Source of the DNA: an uncultured Gemmatimonadales bacterium
GTDB taxonomy: Bacteria; Gemmatimonadota; Gemmatimonadetes; Gemmatimonadales; Gemmatimonadaceae
NCBI GenBank assembly: GCA_963850905.1
Contig: CAWKMU010000004.1
Location: 96,001-160,000 of the forward strand
Direction of reading: 5' to 3'
Length of the DNA stretch: 64,000 bases
A program made the position numbers and the translations under genes. Below, one piece after another: positions 41,622 through 50,523 of the stretch. The notes under the pieces are model-generated. The model did no database searches, had not been told where the DNA came from, and worked only from the letters and a program-made list of their open reading frames with translations. Position 1 is the first letter of the stretch, and every line of letters starts with the position of its first letter.

Positions 41622-42301
41622 GGCATGGTTCGATAGATGGCCACCCTGTCGCTTACGAGACGGATGTCGGCTACGTACTGGGGCACGTTGAGGAGCAGCG
41701 CGTCCGATGCGAGTCCTGCGGGATGTTGGCCGATCTCCACCTTGTGGACCAGACTCGGGATGAGGGGAGTTGGCACAGCCAGCCCGTGGACCGACAGCTC
41801 CTGAACGTGGAACTCGGCGACCCCCGGTCGCACAACGTCAAAGGTACCTGAAAGGGTAAGCGGCTCGCGGTCAGCGAGCATTCCCCCTATCGGCCCGAAC
41901 GCCGTGCGCCCACCCAGCGCCTTGATGTCGAGCGACATGCGAAGCGCGAACGCGTGGTCGACGACTGCCGCTTCAGTGCTGTCCTGCGGCGGGGGTACGT
42001 GGCCGGCGACGTCCATCAGCATGAACGCGCCGAAATCCGCAGGGAGGACCATTGTATACGGCGGTGCCCCCCGATCGCCCAGGGCGAGAATGAGTCGCTC
42101 GGCATGTGACGCCCCTCCAAGGGTGACCGGTCGCCATGCGACCGTCCCACTCGTCGAATCTGTAGCCGGGACCTGTCGTTCGCTGGGGAGCCAGTGCCGG
42201 ACACGGGGAAGGTACACACCCCACTGGTCGCGCGTGAGCCAGACGGCGACCCCCAGTAGGAGCAGGAAGAAGAAGCATCCCAATCGTCGGGCACAGCCCA
42301 C
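41618..42301 (-). CDS. Hypothetical N-terminally anchored protein
   Basis: Hydrophobic N-terminus; stop overlaps the regulator ATG. Confidence 0.7.
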   Translation of the reverse strand: MGCARRLGCFFFLLLLGVAVWLTRDQWGVYLPRVRHWLPSERQVPATDSTSGTVAWRPVTLGGASHAERLILALGDRGAPPYTMVLPADFGAFMLMDVAGHVPPPQDSTEAAVVDHAFALRMSLDIKALGGRTAFGPIGGMLADREPLTLSGTFDVVRPGVAEFHVQELSVHGLAVPTPLIPSLVHKVEIGQHPAGLASDALLLNVPQYVADIRLVSDRVAIYRTMP

Positions 42302-42304
42302 GCC

Positions 42305-42538
42305 TCAGCGACCCTCGATGATGAGCGCGACACGCGCAATACCCCGCGCGCGTCCCATCTCGAGCGCCGCGCGCCGCACCTCCTGATCGGCGAAGCGATC
42401 CGCCGATTGGTCATCGGCCGGCATCACCAGCGCGACGGCATCACGGACGTCGACGCCGCAGGTAATCCCAAGGCCGGCCAAATCGCTCGCGAAGCTGCGG
42501 CCGGACTCTCCCGACACGGCCGACAGGTGCTCATGCCG
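42305..42538 (-). CDS. Small hypothetical protein (start uncertain)
   Basis: Fills the gap between larE and the next gene in operon orientation. Confidence 0.55.
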   Translation of the reverse strand, partial: RHEHLSAVSGESGRSFASDLAGLGITCGVDVRDAVALVMPADDQSADRFADQEVRRAALEMGRARGIARVALIIEGR

Positions 42539-43400
42539 CATCGATGCCCGCCAGCACATTGAGCGACCCGGAGCGAAATCCGGCCAGGTCGACCGCGACT
42601 TGTGTGTATCCGACGGACTCCAGCGCCGCCGCGATCCGCCGACGGCCGGAGGCCGAGAGCCATGCCGACAGGCTGGCGGCGCTCAACTCGACGCGAGCCA
42701 TGTCCCCATAGTCCCGCACACGCAAATCGCCAGACACCCCGATCGATCGCAGGGCGGCCTCCGCCGTCTCCACGCGTCGCAATCGTACGGTCGTGACGGG
42801 CGTCCCGTATGGCAGGCGCGACGACAGACAGGGCGCCGAGGGCTGGTTCCAGGTCGGAAGACCGCGTGCGCGCGAACGCATCCGGATCTCGTCCTTCGTC
42901 AGCCCCACGATCGCGAGCGGCGAGGAGACGCCATGCTCGCGCGCTGCGCGCGAGCCGGGGCGATAGTCCGCAAGATCGTCAGCGTTGGTCCCGTCCACGA
43001 CGACCGCATAGCCGCGCGACTGCGCAAGAGGAACGAGCTTGGACCAGAGCTCGTGCTTGCAGAAATAGCACCGATTCGTGGGATTGGCCGCATACCGCGG
43101 ATCGTCGAGCTCGCCCGTCTCGAGGACGAGCCATGGCAAACGCCATTGGCTCGCGATGTCGCGCGCCAGCGCGCATTGCTCGCTCGAGAGCGATGCGCTG
43201 ACACCAGTCACCGCGAGCACACGGCTCGCACCGAGCGTCTCCAAAGCCACGCATGCCAGATAGGTGGAGTCGACCCCACCACTGAACCCGATCAGCGCAG
43301 AGCCATGCTCGATGAGCCACTGTTGCAGGCTCACCTCTTTCTCGGCGGCGGTGGCCGCGCCGGAAGCGCGCGTGTGGTCGTCAGTCTCGGCGAGTGGCAT
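42531..43400 (-). CDS. larE: LarE-family ATP-dependent sulfur transferase
   Basis: FSGGVDS PP-loop, NRCYFCK, DGTNADD..DYRPG, PCLSSRLPYG, GFRSGSLN. Confidence 0.92.
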   Translation of the reverse strand: MPLAETDDHTRASGAATAAEKEVSLQQWLIEHGSALIGFSGGVDSTYLACVALETLGASRVLAVTGVSASLSSEQCALARDIASQWRLPWLVLETGELDDPRYAANPTNRCYFCKHELWSKLVPLAQSRGYAVVVDGTNADDLADYRPGSRAAREHGVSSPLAIVGLTKDEIRMRSRARGLPTWNQPSAPCLSSRLPYGTPVTTVRLRRVETAEAALRSIGVSGDLRVRDYGDMARVELSAASLSAWLSASGRRRIAAALESVGYTQVAVDLAGFRSGSLNVLAGIDAA

Positions 43401-43430
43401 TTGATCCCTCCGTATGATCGCCGACGGGGA

Positions 43431-45005
43431 TCAAGCCGCGCCAGCCCCGGCGGACCCCCTGGGCGTGGGCGCCGCGAAACCCGCAACCACGGGCCGATAG
43501 CGGAGCGCCTCGCCGACCGCAACCACGCTCACCGCGTCGTCGCCAGCCAAGTCGGCGATCGTCCGGGCCACCTTGAGCACGCGATGATAGCCGCGCGCCG
43601 AAAGCGAGAGACGCTCCGCCGCCTCATGCAGGAGGTTGTGGCCCTCCGTCGTGATGGCACTGTGCGACTCGAGCCAGCGGCCGCTCGCGTGCGCGTTGCA
43701 GGTGACTCCCGAGCCGGCGGCTCCGCTCGCGAACCGATGCAGCTGCCGCACACGGGCGCGCTGGACCCGCTCGCGCATCTGGGCCGACGTCACCTCCGGC
43801 GCGCGCGCTGCCAGGGCGCGGAGCGGGACGGCGCCGACGGTCACATGCACATCGATGCGATCGGCGAGGGGTCCCGAGAGACGCGATCGGTACCTCACGA
43901 CTGCACTCTCGGGACACGTGCAGTGCGCTCGAGGATCGCCGGCGCGGCCGCAGGGGCATGGGTTGGTCGCGGCGACGAGGGTGAACCGAGCCGGATACAC
44001 CACGGCGGTGCGCGCGCGGGCGATCACGACACGCCCATCCTCCAAGGGCTGACGCAGCCCGTCGAGGACCGTGCGCGGGAATTCGAGAAACTCATCCAGG
44101 AACAGGACGCCTCGATGCGCGAGGCTCACCTCGCCGGGTCGCGGATTGCTGCCGCCGCCCAGGAGTCCAGCGGAAGAGACGGTGTGGTGCGGCGAACGAA
44201 AGGGACGTGGCGGAGGCACCGGGTCGTCACCGCAGATCAGGCCTGCGACCGACCGTACAGCGATCACTTCGAGCGCCTCTTCTTCAGTCAGGGGCGGCAG
44301 AATGGTCGGGAGACGCCGAGCGAGCATGGTCTTCCCCGCCCCAGGTGGTCCGACGAGTAGGACGTTGTGCGCACCGGCGGCCGCCACCTCGAGCGCGCGC
44401 TTTGCGGCGCTTTGCCCGACGACGTCGGCGAAGTCCACGTCGGAGGCGCTACTCGGCCTGTCCTCAGGCGGCAGGCGCTCGGCCAGTGGCAACACCCCGC
44501 GCCGAAGGGCATCGACGAGGGTGCGGAGCGTGAGAGGCGCGACCAGTCGGACGCGCGACACCAGTCCGGCTTCTACGACATTCTCGAAGGGCAGCACCAG
44601 CGTACGAGCGCCCTCGCGCGCCACGTGTCTGGCGAGAGGGAGCGCGCCGCGAATTGGGCGGATGGACCCGTCCAGCCCCAGCTCGCCAACTATGGTGAGC
44701 GTGTCTGCGCCGGCCAGCGTCAGTTGGCCCGTCGCCATCAGCAGAGCGAGCGCGATCGGCAGGTCGAACGCCGTCCCGTTCTTCGGCGTATCAGCCGGTG
44801 CCAAGTTTACCGTAACTCGCCGGGGTGGCAGGGCGAAGCCGGCATTGAGGACGGCGGCCGTCACCCGCTCACGGCTCTCCCGCACCGCATGCGCGGCAAG
44901 ACCAACGATCGTCCACGTTGGCAGTCCGAGCGCGGCATCGACTTCGACAGTCACGTCGTACGCGTCGATCCCGAGCACTGCCGCAGAGCGTACGGCGGCC
45001 AGCAT
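43431..45005 (-). CDS. comM: ComM/YifB Mg-chelatase-like AAA+ ATPase
   Basis: ESRERV, NLAPAD, GPPGAGKTMLARR, FRSPHH, SLAHRGVLFLDE, NPCPCG, KVARTIADL. Confidence 0.96.
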   Translation of the reverse strand: MLAAVRSAAVLGIDAYDVTVEVDAALGLPTWTIVGLAAHAVRESRERVTAAVLNAGFALPPRRVTVNLAPADTPKNGTAFDLPIALALLMATGQLTLAGADTLTIVGELGLDGSIRPIRGALPLARHVAREGARTLVLPFENVVEAGLVSRVRLVAPLTLRTLVDALRRGVLPLAERLPPEDRPSSASDVDFADVVGQSAAKRALEVAAAGAHNVLLVGPPGAGKTMLARRLPTILPPLTEEEALEVIAVRSVAGLICGDDPVPPPRPFRSPHHTVSSAGLLGGGSNPRPGEVSLAHRGVLFLDEFLEFPRTVLDGLRQPLEDGRVVIARARTAVVYPARFTLVAATNPCPCGRAGDPRAHCTCPESAVVRYRSRLSGPLADRIDVHVTVGAVPLRALAARAPEVTSAQMRERVQRARVRQLHRFASGAAGSGVTCNAHASGRWLESHSAITTEGHNLLHEAAERLSLSARGYHRVLKVARTIADLAGDDAVSVVAVGEALRYRPVVAGFAAPTPRGSAGAGAA

Positions 45006-45232
45006 GGAGTGATTGATAGCGACGCGCCGTCAGCGCGCCGTCACCGGCCCCTTCGTGGCGAAGCCGCCGTTCACGTGCCGCGTGCAACCAACGGTGACGG
45101 CGCGCGCACGGCCGGGACGGGCGGGCCGAACATCAGACGCCGCCACCATCCGGCTCGCCGCTCGGCTCGTGTCACGGTTCGGATCATCGTGTGCCAGCCG
45201 CGCCGCATCGCGGCCGCGTCGGCAAACCGCGC
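44910..45232. repeat. 323-bp direct repeat, copy A (comM codons 1-32, intergenic region, kinase 3' fragment)
   Basis: Ungapped match to 48596-48918 at offset 3686; 15 mismatches counted by eye. Confidence 0.95.
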
Positions 45233-45314
45233 GTTTCTACTGGTCTACTCTTGGTCTACTCTCTGAGCGCGCAGCACCCGCCCCCTCCTAGGGTTACCCA
45301 TCTATGCCGAACGC

Positions 45315-47721
45315 CTATTCGCGACCCACCATCGTCGTCGACAAAGTCAATGCTCCCGAGACACTGTGCCCCGGTTCCGTCACTCCCACAGCGACTAACG
45401 ACCAGATAACGGAATGGGGCGTTCCGGAGCTGTTGCCTTCTGGATCTGGCATCGCGGTAAATGATTTTGGAGTTCCAGGGCTATCGCTCTCCGGGTTCGG
45501 CATCGCGGTGAACGAACGCGGGCCACCTGAAGAATCCCCATCTGGGTTGGGCATGTAAGAATTCGAGCGGGGTCCGCCCGAAGAGTCTCCATCGGGGTCG
45601 GGCATACTGGAACTTGAGCGAGGTCCGCCTGAGGAGTCGCTATCCGGGTTCGGCATCCCGCCACCCGAACCCTGCGGCCCCCCGCTGCCGCCCGAGCCAC
45701 CACTGCCCTCAGTTCCACCGCTGCCCTCAGTTCCACCGCTGCCCTCAGTTCCACCGCTGCCCTCGGTTCCACCACTACCCTCACTTCCTCCGCTGCCGTC
45801 CGTGCCACCGCCGCCCTGAGTGCCACCGCCTGAGGAGCCCCCGCTCGCGGATCCGCTACTGACTGGCAAATCGGAGCTGTTGCTCGCGCCGCACACAAAA
45901 ACGTGCATGACGCCGTCAGCATCGAGATAGTTAGCGGCGCAGCCCGTCACGGAGTTATCCGTTGATTGCGGGCCACTACCCTCGCTGCCCCCTCCGGTAG
46001 TCGCACTGCCCGTGCCTTGGGCCGTCCCGCCAGTCTCGTTGCCTCCTTCGGTACCAGCGCCGCCGCCTGCCTCCGTCCCGCCGCTACCGGCTCCTCCACC
46101 CCCCTCGGTTCCGCTACCGCCAGTCCCAGCGCCACCCGATCCTGATCCGCCCGTACCGCCTTCGTCAGTACCGCCGCCTCCACCTCCACCCCCTTCGGTG
46201 CTCCCGCCCGTCGGAACGGTTGGCCCCGTCTCGGTTGGCCCGTCTCCGACCACCGTGCCGACCTGTCCTCCCTGAAAGTCGCTGCCGCCCTCCGGCCCGA
46301 TTCCCGGGCTGCTTCCCCCTCGCGAGCCGCCACCAAGTCCGGTGGCTCCGCCGGAACCAGTGCCGCCGCCCGAGGTCGAGCCGCCGCCAGTCCCGGTACC
46401 ACCACCGGGGACATTGCCCCCGGGCGATTTCGCGGTGCCGCCGCCGAGACCGACGGTGGATCCGCCGGGCAGCCCGCCGCCGGCAGATCCGGTCGGTCCA
46501 GGCCTTCCCCGGGTTCCTGATGTGCCGATTCCGCCCAAAGTGGTGGGCTGGTTGGCTTGCGGTGCGCCTACGGCTCCGCCGAAGATCGGGCCGTCCGGAG
46601 TGCCGAGTTTCTTGATGATCTCGTCGATCGCGTCGTTATCCTCTTTCAGATTCCACAACGTTTCCGCCACTAGCGCTAGCACGAGGATGTCACTGGCGTA
46701 TCCGCCGACTCGTCGCACCGCTTCTTTCGAAAGCACCTTTTCCAGCCACGCCTTCGCTCGTTCAGTTTCCAACAACACCGTCACCGCTACTGCGCCACCA
46801 ACGAGTGAATGCGCAGCCCGCCGAACCTTCAGCTGCTGCAGCTTTGTCAGGAGTTCATCGTTCGCCTCAGCTTGCGCAGTCGCGGTGCTCACCCGAGCAG
46901 ATCCGCTGGGGGCCGGGGGCGGTGGTGGTGGCGCAGCTGCCGCCTGGCCTGCCGCGTGTACCTGCTCGGCCATCTCTAGCGTTAGCGGAAGCGACCGATC
47001 ACGCACCGCGCTCAAAGGAGGCACCGCGATACTAGGAACGGACAGTCGCTTGAAGATCCCGACCGTTCCGGTCCGTGAGATCATGTAGACGTAACTGTCG
47101 ACCGGCGCTCGCTGCGCCGCCAACGGAAACTCCATCGCGAACCGCTGCCCGTCCTGCGCCGTGAATTCGAGCTCGAGTCGGTCTTCCTTGTGCACACGTA
47201 CGGCGGTGGAATACGGACGCTGGGTGCGCATGGCACCTGGGGTGCCCGACACTTTGACGGTTTCCACATCGACCTCGTTCGCGACAGTTGGTTTGCACGG
47301 CGGTTGGCGCGCCGGGAGCAATCGCTCTACAGCACTATAGGCGATCCCGGCACGACGGCCAATGGCGACGTCGCTTCGGATATCACCCCACCGACCTCAT
47401 CAAGACGCGCGCTGGCGCAGCTACATCGCCTCCTGCGAGACGCTCAACGGACGCTGAGCGGACCGCCATGCAATCGCCGTCCGGCCGGACGGTAGCGCTA
47501 TCCACTCGGAATTTGTCCTTGCGCGGGCGACCGGCAAGCCGATCGAATGTGACAAAGTCGTTGTCGATACGCTTAGCCGGCGCCTCTCGCACGCCCCCTA
47601 GACTCAGAACTGCGACTCGTGGGCCGCGAGATAGCGCCGAACGTCCGACTGCCTGTATCGACTCTCGCCCCCCAGCGCTCACGCTTCGAATTCCCAAGTG
47701 CCGGATGATCGTCTTCGACAC
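45315..47721 (-). CDS. Unrecognised Gly/Ser/Thr-rich repeat protein (668-aa ORF, probably extended upstream through an indel near 47388)
   Basis: ORF 45315-47321 is open in frame up to 47396. Deleting one G from GTGGGGTGA joins it to ORF 47383-47721. True start uncertain. Confidence 0.7.
45402..45656 (-). repeat. Five 51-nt coding repeats, MP[ND]P[DE]x[DN]SxGxPxS
   Basis: ATGs at 45656, 45605, 45554, 45503 and 45452, exact 51-nt period. Confidence 0.95.
45697..45810 (-). repeat. 18-nt tandem repeat encoding GSGGTE
   Basis: CCACCGCTGCCCTCAGTT units, about 6 copies with degenerate ends. Confidence 0.9.
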
Positions 47722-48571
47722 GCGCAGGATTGACGTGACCCCGTGCGGTGAGAGCAGCGGCTCGATATACCAGTCGGTACCTCCGCGCGCGCGTGTTTAG
47801 TAGTGATGGGGCTGCAGTGATAGTGCCCCGCGGCCTCGTGGCCAGGAATGCGCGCTGTAACGTGTTGCGATTGTTTAACGAAGCAATGTGTGCGTGTTGA
47901 CGAATCGCGCAACTTGAACTGCGTTTCGCAGCACAAATCGCATACCAACTCGCCCGGCAAAAGGCCCCCATTGAGTTCCTAGGGTCTCCGTCAGCGGTAC
48001 CGCGGCCAATCACACGGACATAGGTTCGGTTTTTACATACGCCCATCACACGCAACCGGTCTCTAATTTCTATGGACTCGGGCAACGGGTCTCAGATCCT
48101 TTCTAGGAGCCTCCTCCGGTACACCCTGCGTCGCCTATGAGGCAACCAGGTGTTGACCATATCAACAATGGTGACGACGTGCGCGAATAGTACGACCGGG
48201 CAGGACACTCTCGGACGCCCATTTTGTTAGAGCAGCGTTACAGCCCCCAGGCCACCACGCGGCACACACGCACCGCCCCCGTCGTTGCTAATCGTCGCAC
48301 GATTGATCACCCACCTCGCGCTGGGGGTCACAGCGCCTCATACCTCATCTTACGATCGACCTTCGCCGATCGTGAATATCGCGAGGATAGCAGTCGCGCG
48401 GGTCGTCTCTGACGAGGGCTCGCGACTTTTGCTGTTCTCGGCCATGCCGTTGGGCCCGCGCATATTCTCGCGGAGGGCTGGTACCGCGGCATCCCAATCC
48501 CGTAGGCAACAGCTTAAAGGTGCGCTGCGCGGCGCTGCGGTCCCAGCTTTCGGGCCGCGGACTCGTTCTGC

Positions 48572-48691
48572 TCAGGCCTCGGGGTGGTCAAGCGCCGTCC
48601 ACGTTGGCAGTCCGAGCGCGGCGTCGACTTCGACAGTCACGTCGTACGCGTCGATCCCGAGCACGGCCGCGGAGCGCACGGCGGCCAGCAT
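48572..48691 (-). pseudogene. comM: Truncated 5' duplicate of comM (32 codons plus ALDHPEA-stop)
   Basis: MLAAVRSAAVLGIDAYDVTVEVDAALGLPTWT is identical to the comM N-terminus. Confidence 0.92.
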
Positions 48692-48918
48692 GGAGTGATT
48701 GATAGGGACGCGCCGTCAGCGCGCCGTCACGGGCCCCTTCGAGGCGAAGCCGCCGTTCACGTGCCGCGTGCAACCAAAGGGGACGGCGCGCGCACGGCCG
48801 GGACGGGCGGGCCGAACATCAGACGCCGCCACCAACCGGCTCGCCGCTCGGCTCGCGTGACGGTTCGGATCATCGCGTGCCATCCGCGCCGCATCGCGGT
48901 CGCGTCGGCAAACCGCGC
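48596..48918. repeat. 323-bp direct repeat, copy B
   Basis: Matches 44910-45232. Confidence 0.95.
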
Positions 48919-50523
48919 CTCGGGAGCGACAGCCAACCCCTGACGCAACCAATCCGCCAATGCTTCGTGATAGGTATCGAACTCCAGCTCGCCCCCGAGC
49001 TGTCGCGCGATGATCGCGCGCGCATCACCATCGCCGAAGGGCGGATGGCCCGAGAGCACGTACGCCACGATGGCCGCCATCGCGAAACAGTCGACACTCG
49101 GCCCCTGCGGCTCGCCCAGGAGCTGCTCGGGCGCGGCGAAGGCAGGCGTGCCAGTCGGGCCGCCAGGCGTCTCACCCGGTATGAAGGCGACACCGAAATC
49201 ACTAATGCGCCACCGGCGATAGCGGTCGATCAGAATGTTCTCCGGCTTGAGATCTCGATGCACAATGCCGCTCGCGTGTGCCGCGCTCAGTCCATCCAGG
49301 ATGAGATCGACCTGCGGTCCAATCTCGACCAAGGGCCTCGGGCCGCTGCGCACGACGAGATCGGCTACCGAGCCGCCCTCGGCGAGCTCCATGGTGTACC
49401 AGGCCACCGGGCCACGCCGGTCCCAATCGTAAATCGGCACGATCGCGGGATGAGCGAGCTGCGCGGCCAATTGCGCCTCGCGGCGGAAGCGCGCGACAGC
49501 CGCGTCGTCACGCGCGACCTGAGGGTGCAACATCTTGAGTGCCACTTCGCGCTCGAGTGACAGGTCACGAACGCGCCAGACAGACCCGAACGTGCCGGTC
49601 CCGAGCGGCGACAGCACCTCGTAGTCATCACCCAGCGCCCACCGCAGACGTTGCTCACTCCCCAGCGTCTCGACGTCGCTGTCCTCGACATCGCCCAGCG
49701 CCTGGCTGGCACGGGGCGAGGTCACGCGCTCCAGCGCGCGGAGCAATGTGCTGATCGAGGGGAAACGGGCCGCGGGGGATGGCTGTAGTGCGCGATCGAC
49801 CACGTCGGCGAGCGCCTGCGGGCAATCGGGCCGCACCCAGCGGATCGGCGGCACGTCCCGGGCCGGTGGGAGCTCGCCCGTCAGCAGCGCGAAGCACAGC
49901 GCGGCGAGCTGCCACTGATCACTCCTGGCATCCGGCGCCCATCGCCCCGATTCCCACTCCGGCGCCATTGGGAGCCATCGAGGATCCGGCGCGAGCCCGG
50001 GCGGGATGGCGTCGCGCAGCACTGCCCATTGCCACCCTAGGAGCCACAGCCGCCGAGTCGGCGATACCCACACGGTTTCCGGCGCAAATGCGCCGTGGAC
50101 GTAGCCGCTGTCGTGCAGATACGCGAGGGCGCCGCCGGCCGCTCGGAGCACCTGCATGGCAAACGGGGCATCGCCAGCTCCAAGTCGAGCGATGCGCGCG
50201 GCTATCGTTTCACCTTCGATCCACCGACGGAGATAGCCAGGCCCGCGGCGCGTGTCGCGGTTGACCGACCAGAAGTGGTACGTCGTCGGGATCGACGGGT
50301 GGCTCAGATGCGCGAGGTGCCGCGCCTCCGCGGCGAGCCACCCCGCGTGCTCAGGATTGGGCGCCGTGATGAGCGCCAACGACCGCCCCAGCGCGTCGAT
50401 GACCTCCTGGGCGTGTCGATAATCGCTCGCGACACCGGTCGCACCCCATCGCCAGTCCGTCGGCAACTGCCACCCGGCCAGGTGGGCGGGAAGGTCACGG
50501 GTCGTCTGGTTGAGACCGTTCAT
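48757..50523 (-). CDS. Tandem Ser/Thr kinase (degenerate N-domain plus intact C-domain)
   Basis: C-domain GTGTFG, VALK, HRDLKPEN, DFG, APE; N-domain has HGAFAPETV and lacks DFG. Confidence 0.92.
   Translation of the reverse strand: MNGLNQTTRDLPAHLAGWQLPTDWRWGATGVASDYRHAQEVIDALGRSLALITAPNPEHAGWLAAEARHLAHLSHPSIPTTYHFWSVNRDTRRGPGYLRRWIEGETIAARIARLGAGDAPFAMQVLRAAGGALAYLHDSGYVHGAFAPETVWVSPTRRLWLLGWQWAVLRDAIPPGLAPDPRWLPMAPEWESGRWAPDARSDQWQLAALCFALLTGELPPARDVPPIRWVRPDCPQALADVVDRALQPSPAARFPSISTLLRALERVTSPRASQALGDVEDSDVETLGSEQRLRWALGDDYEVLSPLGTGTFGSVWRVRDLSLEREVALKMLHPQVARDDAAVARFRREAQLAAQLAHPAIVPIYDWDRRGPVAWYTMELAEGGSVADLVVRSGPRPLVEIGPQVDLILDGLSAAHASGIVHRDLKPENILIDRYRRWRISDFGVAFIPGETPGGPTGTPAFAAPEQLLGEPQGPSVDCFAMAAIVAYVLSGHPPFGDGDARAIIARQLGGELEFDTYHEALADWLRQGLAVAPEARFADATAMRRGWHAMIRTVTRAERRAGWWRRLMFGPPVPAVRAPSPLVARGT

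Larger units (their letters stand above)
45233..48595. mobile_element. Small genomic islet between direct repeats; no integrase visible
   Basis: Bounded by the 323-bp repeat; interrupts kinase-comM adjacency; visibly more AT-rich, notably 47800-48300. Confidence 0.75.

Noticed and set aside
45402..45656. RHS DPxG cleavage motif in the repeats
   Set aside because: Only two of the five repeats have DPxG, and no YD/RHS core is present.
45402..45810. CRISPR-like array
   Set aside because: Periods of 51 and 18 nt are multiples of three and conserved at the protein level. There are no unique spacers or cas genes.
47880..48010. c-di-GMP or other riboswitch upstream of the islet gene
   Set aside because: A GAAA-loop hairpin is present, but the rest of the consensus could not be matched.
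44910..48918. Diversity-generating retroelement TR/VR pair
   Set aside because: Mismatches are mostly synonymous rather than adenine-specific, and no reverse transcriptase is present.
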